A stretch of 64,000 bases of DNA, taken from positions 576,001 to 640,000 of the forward strand of contig CP147778.1 of the NCBI GenBank assembly GCA_037305845.1, read 5' to 3'. The stretch is from Candidatus Freyarchaeum deiterrae (GTDB lineage Archaea > Asgardarchaeota > Jordiarchaeia > Jordiarchaeales > Jordiarchaeaceae). Every line of letters starts with the position of its first letter. Position 1 is the first letter of the stretch. A model generated the notes under the pieces. The model saw nothing but the letters and a program-made list of their open reading frames with translations, had not been told where the DNA came from and did no database searches. This document shows positions 28,789-38,631 of the stretch, piece after piece. The translations under genes and the position numbers were made by a program.

Positions 28789-30786
28789 ATGCGTCGTTTC
28801 AATAGTGACGATTATCATGTCTTTTTGGAGGTGCCCAGAATAAAAGAACTAATTAGTAGAGAAAAGGGCAAAAAAGTGGTAATGCTTGGAAACGAAGCTA
28901 TGGCTAGAGGAGCGCTGGAAGCTGGAATTGGATTCGCAAGCACTTATCCAGGAACACCAGCAAGCGAAGTCGGAGACAGCCTCGCCGAAATAGCTCAAGA
29001 TTTACCAGGACTAACATTCCAGTACTCGACCAATGAATATGTAGCGCTGGAAACCGCAATCGGAGCCAGCTGGTCTGGGGTTCGATCACTCTGCACCATG
29101 AAGATGGTCGGAATGAACGTCGCAGCCGACCCCCTGTTTACACTGGCATACAGCGGTGTCGTCGGAGGCCTCGTTATAATTAACGGTGGAGACCCCAGTG
29201 CATCATCCAGCACGAATGAACAGGACAACAGATACTATGGATTGCACGCCCGCATTCCGGTTGTGGAACCATCAAGTACACAGGAGAGCAAGGACTTTTT
29301 GGTTGAGTCTTTTAACATATCTGAAAAGTATGATGTACCAGTAATCGTGAACAGTACTGCTAGGGCCAGTCATGCGGTAGGGGTTGTGGAACTCGGAGAA
29401 CTTAAGGACCCGCCGAAGGAGGGATACTTCAAGAAAAACTGGGCAAAATACTACAACGCCCAAGTGCTGACAGTAATGAACCATCAAAAACTACTTAGAA
29501 ACCAGGAAAAAATGATACAGGAATACGCCCCGGTCACAAAGCTGAATAGAATACTTCCTGGAGATTCTAAAACGGGGGTAATAACCTCAGGAATGTCTTA
29601 TGACTACACACTGGAAGCCTTAGACATTCTTGGAATTTACGATGTGCCCATCCTTAAACTCGGATTAGTTTATCCTCTCTCACCTAAACAGATCACGGAT
29701 TTTGCTTCAAATCTAGAACAGATTATTGTAATGGAGGAATTGGATCCCTTCCTTGAAGGAGAAGTCAAAAAGATAGCTTATGACCAAGGGCTGGAGATTC
29801 CGATTAAAGGTAAGGAACTCTTCCCAGCGGCAGGAGAGCTGAATACGGAAATAGCGATGCAGGCCTATGCTAAGACGTTTGCCAAAGTACTACCCATAAA
29901 TATGGACGAACTAAACTTGAAAGTGTTTGGAGCAGCAATGATACTCCCTATGAGGCCCCCAGGCATGTGCCCGGGCTGTCCGCACAGAGCCACGTACTAT
30001 GCTCTCAAAAAGGCGGTTCAAGATAAAGGATATGACATAATATGGGCTAATGATATAGGTTGCTATGCAACAGGCGCTTTGCCCCCATTCCAGATGGGTG
30101 ATTTGATGACCTGCATGTCTGCTGGTGAGAGTATTGCTTCGGGTATGAGTTATAAGACCAAGAAGCAGAAGACTGTGGCTTTCATTGGTGATTCAACCTT
30201 CATGCATACAGGTATGCCGGGACTTTTGAACGCGGTCTGGAATGATGCGGATTTACTCCTGGTTATCATGGATAACAGGTGGACGGCTATGACCGGTCAC
30301 CAGCCTACTCCCGAAACTGGTATTAACTGGTCGGGCAAGAAATCCAAGTCTGTGAATATTAAGGACATCGTTAGTGCTCTCGGTGTTGACTATGTACGTA
30401 CGGCTGATCCGTTTAATGTTAAGAATACAATTGCGATGTTCGAGGAAGCTATGAAGAAGACAGGTGTACGAGTAGTTATTTCTCAGCAGGAATGTATTCT
30501 AGAGTCTAGACGGCGTAGCAGGACTGCTATTGAAGAACTTAAGGAGAAGGGTGTTAAGCAGTACATCGATGTTAATGAAGATGCCTGCATCTTCTGTGAG
30601 GAGTGCGTCAAGGAGTTCGGCTGCCCAGCGATGACAGTTACAGAGTTTGAGGGAGAAAAAGTTTCCCACATTGACATGTCCAGGTGTGTGGAATGCATGG
30701 TATGTAAGCAAATCTGCAAGGGGTGCGCAATCAGCGTTACCAAGGTTTTCCCGGGTACAACTATTCTGGAGGAAAAGGGCAAATGA
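28789..30786 (+). CDS. iorA: Indolepyruvate:ferredoxin oxidoreductase alpha subunit
   Basis: LGNEAMARG, YPGTP, MCPGCPHR, GDSTF TPP motif and C-terminal 2x[4Fe-4S]. Confidence 0.93.
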   Translation: MRRFNSDDYHVFLEVPRIKELISREKGKKVVMLGNEAMARGALEAGIGFASTYPGTPASEVGDSLAEIAQDLPGLTFQYSTNEYVALETAIGASWSGVRSLCTMKMVGMNVAADPLFTLAYSGVVGGLVIINGGDPSASSSTNEQDNRYYGLHARIPVVEPSSTQESKDFLVESFNISEKYDVPVIVNSTARASHAVGVVELGELKDPPKEGYFKKNWAKYYNAQVLTVMNHQKLLRNQEKMIQEYAPVTKLNRILPGDSKTGVITSGMSYDYTLEALDILGIYDVPILKLGLVYPLSPKQITDFASNLEQIIVMEELDPFLEGEVKKIAYDQGLEIPIKGKELFPAAGELNTEIAMQAYAKTFAKVLPINMDELNLKVFGAAMILPMRPPGMCPGCPHRATYYALKKAVQDKGYDIIWANDIGCYATGALPPFQMGDLMTCMSAGESIASGMSYKTKKQKTVAFIGDSTFMHTGMPGLLNAVWNDADLLLVIMDNRWTAMTGHQPTPETGINWSGKKSKSVNIKDIVSALGVDYVRTADPFNVKNTIAMFEEAMKKTGVRVVISQQECILESRRRSRTAIEELKEKGVKQYIDVNEDACIFCEECVKEFGCPAMTVTEFEGEKVSHIDMSRCVECMVCKQICKGCAISVTKVFPGTTILEEKGK

Positions 30787-31427
30787 AAAAGGTAAACATT
30801 TACATCTGTGGTGTGGGCGGTCAGGGAACAATGACTCTGGGACTTCTTTTAAAGCAGGCTGGCGTTCTCGATAACATGATGGTTACCGGAACGGAGTCTC
30901 GGGGAGCTTCTCAACGAGAGGGTTCAGTGGACAGCCATGTGAGGTTCGCTATTCTCGACACCGGTGAAGAGTTTGATGAGCGTAAGTCCATTCACTCACC
31001 GCTCATTCCCACCCGCCAAGCTGACCTATATTTAAGCATGGAACAAGCTGAGACTCTGCGGAACATCAAGTACGTTTCCGAGGACGGTATCGTCATAATG
31101 AACAAGTATGAGATATGGCCCCCCACCGTGAGAACTGGTGACGCCCAGTACCCCACCCTTGAACAGACTTTGGAGAACGTGAAGAAGTTTAACAATAACG
31201 TATACGTGGTCAACGCTAACAAGTTGTCCGAGGAGAAATACGGAGACTATTCGGGAGTTAACATGATCTTTCTAGGCGTCGCTATGGCTACTGGAAAAAT
31301 TCCTGTAAAAATAGAAACCATTGAGAAAATTATTAGTGAACAGACGCGGAATCCAGAGAAGAACATCGAGCAGTTTAGACTCGGCCTCGAAGAAGGAAAA
31401 AAGATTATGTCCGCCGGAACCGCGTAA
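30783..31427 (+). CDS. iorB: Indolepyruvate oxidoreductase beta subunit (ATGA-coupled start at 30783)
   Basis: GVGGQG and SQREGSV.SHVR motifs; overlaps the iorA stop. Confidence 0.9.
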   Translation: MKKVNIYICGVGGQGTMTLGLLLKQAGVLDNMMVTGTESRGASQREGSVDSHVRFAILDTGEEFDERKSIHSPLIPTRQADLYLSMEQAETLRNIKYVSEDGIVIMNKYEIWPPTVRTGDAQYPTLEQTLENVKKFNNNVYVVNANKLSEEKYGDYSGVNMIFLGVAMATGKIPVKIETIEKIISEQTRNPEKNIEQFRLGLEEGKKIMSAGTA

Positions 31428-31586
31428 CTCAATTTCTAAAAGTAAAAAGTTTACTGGGATATTATCCCACCCTCATTTTTTTAACGAACTGCGAAACTTG
31501 AATATTCTAATAATAAAGATTTAGTGGTTCTCTTTTTCATAGAAAATTAAAATTGAAATGCCGACAGAATAGTGTTCTTTTCGATT

Positions 31587-32072
31587 TTAAAGGGAGGAAC
31601 GGTAATCCGGCCTGAAACTTGTTTTTGTTAGGTTGGAGCTACCAGTGGCGATCAGGTTTCCTTCTATATCGTGTATTTCAGCCATTGCGTGTACAATTTT
31701 CCGTCCTTCGCGTACAATTTGTCCCTTAACCCGAACCTTCTCCCCTACTTTCACCTTTCCTAAATAGTCTACGTGAAAATCTATACTTATCAGAAATCCT
31801 TCGTATCCGAGGGTTGCGCATGTTACTCCAATGGTGTCATCCATTAGAGCGCACTGCATTCCGCCGTGTAAAAGTCCAGTGGGATTAGCCATCTCAGGGC
31901 GAACCACAAATTCAAATTCCATCTCTCCACGTTTGACGTTCATAATAGTTCCATTCAACCACTTTGTAAAGGGAGGAACCGGAAACTCTTGCGCTCCTCT
32001 TCCCTTCATCGCTTTAAATAATTCCACCATCTGCTCGGATCTTTTTTTAATTTCGTCCTGTTCGTTTGACAT
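31587..32072 (-). CDS. PaaI-family hot-dog thioesterase
   Basis: NPTGLLHGG...MDD motif. Confidence 0.92.
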   Translation of the reverse strand: MSNEQDEIKKRSEQMVELFKAMKGRGAQEFPVPPFTKWLNGTIMNVKRGEMEFEFVVRPEMANPTGLLHGGMQCALMDDTIGVTCATLGYEGFLISIDFHVDYLGKVKVGEKVRVKGQIVREGRKIVHAMAEIHDIEGNLIATGSSNLTKTSFRPDYRSSL

Positions 32073-32205
32073 AGAGATATCTCCTCTATCAGTTTTACAC
32101 TTAAATTTCTAATGCTAATAAGCAACTAAAAAGTATTTGTATATGGCATTACAAAGATTTGAGCGAGAGAATAGACACACCACTTCAATTGATTATCTTT
32201 GTATC

Positions 32206-32892
32206 CTAAATTCTTCGAAGCCCATTAATGTTAGGGCAGACCTTTCTACAGATGTTGCACGAGAGAACCCATCCACCGCCTTCTGTGGTAGAGGTAGAGC
32301 GTTCTCTACAAAGTTTTTGATTAATGGTTATCCCATCAAGAGCATGTTGCGGGCACGAATCTATGCACAACGTACATTTAGGGATACAGCTCTCATAAGA
32401 GGCAATGGGATCCGGCTCTAGATCTATAGGTACAAGAATAGCACCGAGCCATATCATGTTTCCATATTTATCATTTATGAGAAGGGTGTTCTTTCCGATT
32501 ACTCCAAGACCGGCTAGTTGTCCTGCATGCTTCAGTGAGAGAATACCTCTCCCCTGTCTTTTATCTGAATCCCAGTATTCGTAAGGGTCAGCGGAAGGTA
32601 TAGGAATTGACATAATATTCTCTTTTTCTAGCCACTGGGAAAGATTAAACGCGATCCCATCTAGTTTATGCACCATCATGTTTCTTACGAAGGTGTATGG
32701 AACGTTAGTCGTTGCTTGGAGGGTGCTAAGGGGGAAATGAGATGCAAAGACAATCACTGACTTGCAATCAACATAAATATCACATGGATGAAAACCTTTT
32801 GGAGCATTTGCGAACCGAGCCACAGGAGCGATTCCACAAATATCTGCTCCTTCTTGAATTGCTCTCTTCTTAATTATTTTGGAGTTAATCAC
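32206..32892 (-). CDS. QueG/reductive-dehalogenase-like Fe-S protein
   Basis: GADICGIA, KHAGQLAGLGVIGKN, CIPKCTLCIDSCP and C...CNICRKVCP motifs. Confidence 0.8.
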   Translation of the reverse strand: MINSKIIKKRAIQEGADICGIAPVARFANAPKGFHPCDIYVDCKSVIVFASHFPLSTLQATTNVPYTFVRNMMVHKLDGIAFNLSQWLEKENIMSIPIPSADPYEYWDSDKRQGRGILSLKHAGQLAGLGVIGKNTLLINDKYGNMIWLGAILVPIDLEPDPIASYESCIPKCTLCIDSCPQHALDGITINQKLCRERSTSTTEGGGWVLSCNICRKVCPNINGLRRI

Positions 32893-32965
32893 GATTCAAC
32901 CTCGGAACTATTGAAAGACAGATTAATACTGTCATTACAATTTAGACAAATATATATGGGATTTT

Positions 32966-34210
32966 TTATGTGAAGCAGTATTTTGTTTCGCTGTATTCTT
33001 TTTTGAATTGGATTACTTCTTCTCTCACTTTTTCGGGTTTTTCACCCTTTATTATTACTCTATTTATTAGGTTAGCGATGTGTTCCATTTCGCTTTCTTT
33101 CATTCCTGTTCTGGTGCATTCTTGGGTTCCCAGTCTGATACCCGAAGGATCCTCGGTGTTTTCGTCTTTGTCCCAAGGTAGGAGGTTTTTGTTGCAGATT
33201 ATGTTTGCCCTTTCGAGCGTTTCGGCTACGGTTTTTCCACCCTTGTTTTCCCTCACGTCGACTACTACTTGGTGGGATTCTGTGAAACCTTTATGTTCGC
33301 AGAGAACGTTGAAGCCCATTTCGTATAGGCTGCTGGCTAGTTTCTTGGAGTTCTTCACTGTCTGATCCGCATATTTTTCTCCGAACTCTAGCATCTCAAT
33401 TAGAGTTATTGCTAGGGAAGGAAGTCGGAATAGGTGGTGGTTGGAAATCAGTCCGGGTAGAATGGCTTGTGCCACTTGCTTTGACATCTTATCGTTATCC
33501 GTATAAACCATGCCTCCTTGAGGCCCGGGGAATGTTTTGTGGCTTGATGAGGCGACCACATCGGCTCCCTCTCTCAAAGGATCTTGAAACCTCTTTCCCG
33601 CAATCAATCCTAAAACGTGAGAGGCATCATACAAAATTTTAGTATCACCTAGTAGTACTTCTTTAATCTCTTTTACTGGATGAGGGAACAGGAACAGGCT
33701 TCCTCCAAGGATAACTAGTTTGATTTCCTCATTTTTGAGGAGTGGTTTTAATTTGTCTACATCAATGTTCATTTCCTGGGGGTCGAACGGCATGTTTAAG
33801 GTTTTTAACCCTCTTACTCCTGCGGTTCCGACTGTGGAGTGGCTGATGTGCCCTCCGTCGTGAATATTCAGGTTTGCTATTTTGTCTCCGGGTTCGGTTA
33901 GGGCTACGTAAACACAGAGATTCGCTATCATACCAGATATTGGGCGGGGATCGAAATGTTTGCAATGGAAGAGTTTTTTGCCCAAATCTATTACTAGGGT
34001 TTCTATTTCATCGACATACTTTGTTCCTTGATAATGTCTTTTGTATGGTAGACCTTCAGCGTATCGGTGCATCATGTCGGAGTTGAAAACTTCTATCGCT
34101 TGAGGACTCATTATATTCTCACTTGCAATCAGATTAATGCATTCTTTTTCTCGCCAAGTGTTCTGTTTCTCCACTATTTCCAGTGTTTTTTGGAGCTGTT
34201 GCTTGGACAT
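32966..34210 (-). CDS. glyA: Serine hydroxymethyltransferase
   Basis: LIASEN, YAEG, GGHISH, SSHKTFPGPQGG (PLP Lys) and SGIRLGT motifs. Confidence 0.97.
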   Translation of the reverse strand: MSKQQLQKTLEIVEKQNTWREKECINLIASENIMSPQAIEVFNSDMMHRYAEGLPYKRHYQGTKYVDEIETLVIDLGKKLFHCKHFDPRPISGMIANLCVYVALTEPGDKIANLNIHDGGHISHSTVGTAGVRGLKTLNMPFDPQEMNIDVDKLKPLLKNEEIKLVILGGSLFLFPHPVKEIKEVLLGDTKILYDASHVLGLIAGKRFQDPLREGADVVASSSHKTFPGPQGGMVYTDNDKMSKQVAQAILPGLISNHHLFRLPSLAITLIEMLEFGEKYADQTVKNSKKLASSLYEMGFNVLCEHKGFTESHQVVVDVRENKGGKTVAETLERANIICNKNLLPWDKDENTEDPSGIRLGTQECTRTGMKESEMEHIANLINRVIIKGEKPEKVREEVIQFKKEYSETKYCFT

Positions 34211-34485
34211 GTTCTGTATCTCCGCTAAATAGTAGAGAGACTAAAAGAATTTGACATTAAAAATATATCTCTTTAAAATCACACTAAATTAACACCGAGT
34301 TATAATTAATTAAAAACATAATCAGTAGAGCATCGGTTTTCCTGCTAAATAAACGTTGAAACCTGGTAATGGTTCCTTTTCTAAAAGTAAGTTGACTATT
34401 ATTTGCAAAACAACTTTTTATTTATCTATTTTTAGTAGATTGTTTCGACTAAGTTACTTTGAATAATGTGGGATGACTTCAACAG

Positions 34486-35019
34486 TTACTGTAATAAATT
34501 CTTCTTTTGATAATCCCTGATTTTTGTTTTACACTTTGCCATTGAAACAAGGTTGCAATCGAAGTTCCCCGCCTGCTCACCATCTATTTCACAAGAGAGT
34601 TCTTGTAGCTCTTTACTCAAGTGAGGACAGGGAATTTGTGACAATTCAGAAATTATTGAGTCACCTACCGTCCCATTAATATCACTGGGATCCGCATCGA
34701 AAATTTCAAACAAAGACCTATTGTCTTTTATAACCCTCAATATAGAGTCCTGAGCCTTTTCTACAAGCCCCGGCTTTTCCGCATCGGTTATCAGAAGAAG
34801 ATACCAGCCCTTTTTCTTAATGGAAAAAGACTTGATGTAAGCGTTCATGTCCTGAAAAGAAATTGTTTGGGGCGCTTCTCCTGTAACCTCTTTCCAGAAT
34901 GTCTGGGTGGCTGAGAAGATTCCCGCAACTAGGTCGGGGTCGGCCTCGATGGAGCCTAGTTTCAGACTCAGTGGGCAGATTCCGTCATCGTTTATTATGT
35001 ATATGTTGTGTAGGACCAT
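34486..35019 (-). CDS. Longin-like domain protein with a C-terminal 4-Cys motif, copy 1
   Basis: IYIINDDGICP...DPDLVAGIFSA...LLLITD longin-type pattern; tail CPH...C...C...C. Confidence 0.7.
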   Translation of the reverse strand: MVLHNIYIINDDGICPLSLKLGSIEADPDLVAGIFSATQTFWKEVTGEAPQTISFQDMNAYIKSFSIKKKGWYLLLITDAEKPGLVEKAQDSILRVIKDNRSLFEIFDADPSDINGTVGDSIISELSQIPCPHLSKELQELSCEIDGEQAGNFDCNLVSMAKCKTKIRDYQKKNLLQ

Positions 35020-35442
35020 ATGATCATCCCAGTTAACTTTCCAAAGCTTAGAGTTAGTTAGCTGTTTTATGTGATTTGATAAAACAGTTATACTATTTCG
35101 TTTCTATTAACGAATAATTATTTAATAAAAATACCCGATATAATTTATTGCCGTTTTGATTTATCATGTTATAAATTATAAGGTTTTATGGAAATTGCGC
35201 AATATTCTTCATAATTTAAAAAGAGGTATAACAATCAGTAAAAAATGGCAAGCATATTCTTAGGCTAGACAAAAAGATTCTTGAGGAGATAGCACTCCTA
35301 AGCGAAAAATGAGAAACTCGCCATAAAAACCCTAAAAAGAAAAAAATCACCCGTTTCATAAACTATTTATTTAAAAAAAGAGAATTTATCGTAGTTTCAA
35401 CTTTTGCATCAAAAGGTAAAAAGTGCGTGTAAGCATTGAGAG

Positions 35443-37122
35443 GTGCTTTGCTTGAAAATTGCAATGGTTCAAATAAATTCTACCATGGGAGATTTAGAGG
35501 GAAACATAGAGAATATAAAAAAGTTCATTAATGAAGCAGAGGAACACCAAGCCGATCTGGTGGTTTTTCCAGAACTGGCAGTTCCTGGTTATCCACCTCA
35601 GGATTTGCTGCTTGAGAAAGCATTTGTGGAAAAAAACAAAGAGCTCCTTTTGAAATTAATCGAACAAAATAATGTTGACATAGCTGGAATAATTGGCTTC
35701 GTCGATTATAAAGGAAAAAAGCTGTATAATGCAGCAGCCATTTTTCACCGAAACAGGATTGTTGGTGTAATCTACAAAACTCTTTTGCCGACGTATGATG
35801 TGTTTGACGAGGACAGGTACTTCGAACCCCAAAACGAAGGGGAGATTAAGCCCATACCGATGCGCATTAATGGTGAGAAACTCAATCTGGGGGTTGAAAT
35901 TTGCGAGGACCTCTGGGATGAAAGTTATGATATAAAAGTTACAGATTTACTTGCAGAGAGAGGAGCCAACCTAGTTGTTAATATTTCCGCTTCTCCTTTT
36001 CATGTTGGAAAAAGGTTTGAGAGGGAAAGACTGCTAAGAGAGAAGTCTACCAAAAATAGGATTCCAATTTTTTATGCGAATCTGGTTGGTGGGCAGGATG
36101 AGCTCGTCTTTGATGGACAGAGCCTCGCGGTAGATAGTTCTGGTAATTTGATAGCTATTGGTAAACAATTCGAGGAAGATTTGGTGATAACTCAAATAGA
36201 CCTAAAGAGCGGTAAAACGGAGAAAATAAATCCTCCACCTTATCATAAAGAAAAAGAAATGCTTGAAGCCCTGGTGTTAGGAATACGTGACTATTATAGA
36301 AAAACTGGTTTTGAGAAAGCAGTCGTTGGTATGAGTGGAGGAATCGATTCATCACTCACAACCTGTATTGCAGTTGAAGCCTTGGGCAGAGAGAATGTCA
36401 TCGGCGTTTCCATGCCTTCCAAGTTTTCTAGTGGACATAGTAAAGGGGATGCTCAGAAATTGGCTGAAAATCTAGGGATATGCTTTGTTCAGGTTCCTAT
36501 TCAGGAAATTGTAGACACTTATCATAGAGTCTTGGAAGAACCTTTGGAGGAAATAAGAAAATATTATGGTGTGACGAAAGAAAGCGACGATCCAGTTGCA
36601 GATGAAAACATTCAGCCCAGAGCTAGGGGAAACAGTTTAATGGACATATCTAATCGGCTGAAAGATTTGAGAATATTAGTTCTGAACACGGGAAATAAGA
36701 CTGAGCTAGCCCTTGGTTACTGTACTTTATACGGAGACATGACCGGTGGAATTGGAGCTATCGGTGATGTGAGCAAGCTTGAGGTCTACAAATTAGCAAG
36801 ATATGTGAATGAAAAAGCGGGTAAAGAGATAGTGCCTGAGAATGTTTTTAAGAAAAAACCCTCTGCGGAGCTTGAGGCAGGGCAATTTGATCCCTTCGAT
36901 TTCGACATTGTCAGTCCATTAGTTGATGAGATTATCGAAAATAGGAGAAGCAAACAAGAGTTAATCGATATGGGTTACCCTGAGGAAGTTGTGGAGGATA
37001 CTTATAGAAGGATTAGAAGAGCGGAGTATAAGAGATGGCAGGCTCCACCTTGTGTAAAGATTACACCTAAAGCGTTTGGCATAGGATGGAAAATGCCCAT
37101 AGTTAATAGGTATAAGGGATAA
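35443..37122 (+). CDS. nadE: Glutamine-dependent NAD+ synthetase
   Basis: Nitrilase domain (FPE, K, EICEDLW) fused to a synthetase domain (SGGIDS, ENIQPR, GYCTLYGD, PSAEL). Confidence 0.95.
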   Translation: MLCLKIAMVQINSTMGDLEGNIENIKKFINEAEEHQADLVVFPELAVPGYPPQDLLLEKAFVEKNKELLLKLIEQNNVDIAGIIGFVDYKGKKLYNAAAIFHRNRIVGVIYKTLLPTYDVFDEDRYFEPQNEGEIKPIPMRINGEKLNLGVEICEDLWDESYDIKVTDLLAERGANLVVNISASPFHVGKRFERERLLREKSTKNRIPIFYANLVGGQDELVFDGQSLAVDSSGNLIAIGKQFEEDLVITQIDLKSGKTEKINPPPYHKEKEMLEALVLGIRDYYRKTGFEKAVVGMSGGIDSSLTTCIAVEALGRENVIGVSMPSKFSSGHSKGDAQKLAENLGICFVQVPIQEIVDTYHRVLEEPLEEIRKYYGVTKESDDPVADENIQPRARGNSLMDISNRLKDLRILVLNTGNKTELALGYCTLYGDMTGGIGAIGDVSKLEVYKLARYVNEKAGKEIVPENVFKKKPSAELEAGQFDPFDFDIVSPLVDEIIENRRSKQELIDMGYPEEVVEDTYRRIRRAEYKRWQAPPCVKITPKAFGIGWKMPIVNRYKG

Positions 37123-37239
37123 TGATGATGATGCGAAAAGAAGGTTTCCGATTTATCTTATATCCAAAATTTAGGACAATATGATTTGTGTTGGCATTTA
37201 TTAAGGTGAGTATGAACAACGTGATGAGTTCAACAGTGA

Positions 37240-37779
37240 CTATGATAAATTCTTCGTTTGGTAATCTCTGATTTTTGTTTGACATGATGACATAGAAACA
37301 ATGTTACAATTAAGGCCCACTATCGGCTTATAATCGATTTCACAAACGTCTTCGATCGATTTTTTCTTTGCGTGAGGACAGGAAATTTGTGACAATTTAT
37401 TAGTTATCAATTCACTCATGGTACTAGTTATATCTGTGGTATCAGCAAAAAAATTTTTAAATAACTCATTATTTTCTTCCACAATCTTCAATATATAATC
37501 CTGAACCTTTTCAACAAGCATCATCTTCTCCTTGTCGGTTACTAGGATGAGATACCAGCCCTTTTTCTCAATAGAAAAAGACTTGATGTAAGCATTCATG
37601 TCCTTAAAAGAAATTATTTTGGGCGTTTCCCCAGTAATCTCTTCCCATAGCTTCTGGGTGGCTGCGAAAATTCCAGCAACTAGGTCGGAGTTAGCTTCAA
37701 TAGAGCCTAGTTTCAAGTTCAGTGGACAGAGCCCTTCGCCATTTATTATGTATATATTGTGTATTACCATCATACTCAT
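37240..37779 (-). CDS. Longin-like domain protein with a C-terminal 4-Cys motif, copy 2
   Basis: Clear paralog of 34486..35019 at both protein and DNA level. Confidence 0.7.
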   Translation of the reverse strand: MSMMVIHNIYIINGEGLCPLNLKLGSIEANSDLVAGIFAATQKLWEEITGETPKIISFKDMNAYIKSFSIEKKGWYLILVTDKEKMMLVEKVQDYILKIVEENNELFKNFFADTTDITSTMSELITNKLSQISCPHAKKKSIEDVCEIDYKPIVGLNCNIVSMSSCQTKIRDYQTKNLS

Positions 37780-37915
37780 CTCGGTTCGCTCGGTTCGCTT
37801 TCTAAAGCTTGGCTTTAGATTTCTCTTTTTTGAGTATTTAAGTTCCCCCTGTTCATAACAAACATTTTCTTTCCTTGTTTTTCAAAAAATTTACGTGTTA
37901 ATTATGTGGGCAGGT

Positions 37916-38071
37916 TTATTGTTTGTTTATTTCAAATGTGTTATTAGTTTCATATGGATTAAAAGTTCCACAGTTATTGCAGATATATCCTCTAGTATAA
38001 CATTCCTCACACTCACAGTTTAATTTGGTAAAGGATCGACATTTTTCGCATAGTGCATAGATGATTTTCAT
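37916..38071 (-). CDS. Unannotated 51-aa Cys-rich microprotein (CxxC, CxCxxC, CxxC)
   Basis: MKIIYALCEKCRSFTKLNCECEECYTRGYICNNCGTFNPYETNNTFEINKQ*, preceded by AGGGGG; shorter than any ORF in the track. Confidence 0.65.
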   Translation of the reverse strand: MKIIYALCEKCRSFTKLNCECEECYTRGYICNNCGTFNPYETNNTFEINKQ

Positions 38072-38631
38072 TCATAAACCCCCTAAGCTTTCACATTGAT
38101 GTTTGAATTGTTCAGGGTTTTTTTCTAAGTTCAAATTTTATAACGATTTCCGAGAAATGTTTTTGGGAATAATTTCCTTTGCTTTCCAACACCTCTCGTA
38201 ACGCAAGTTCGGATAAGTTACTCCATTTTACTTAGCTTTGCGTTATTCTAATTGGTATATTACTATTTAATAAAAATATCCAATATATTTTATTTTTGTT
38301 TTAGCAGATTTAATTATAAATTATACGAATTATTCGAAAATGCGCAATATTCTTTGAGTTAAGGAAATACCACAAGCAAGGTAGAAATCAAAACCATTAC
38401 ACTAATAGCCTTGCTAAGCGACAACCAATTCAACCACAAAAATTTTATTTATGAAAGATTTTAAATTACCAAGCTCAAGTTTTGTACTGAGAAAAGCGCG
38501 AAACAATTATCATTATTTAAATAATGTGAATAGGAATCCGGTGAAGATTTTTGTCTTCTAATCTTCAACGGGTTTTCGAAGAGGTTGTGCTTCATATATA
38601 CAGGGAAATTTGATGAGAGGTGATTTGTTAA

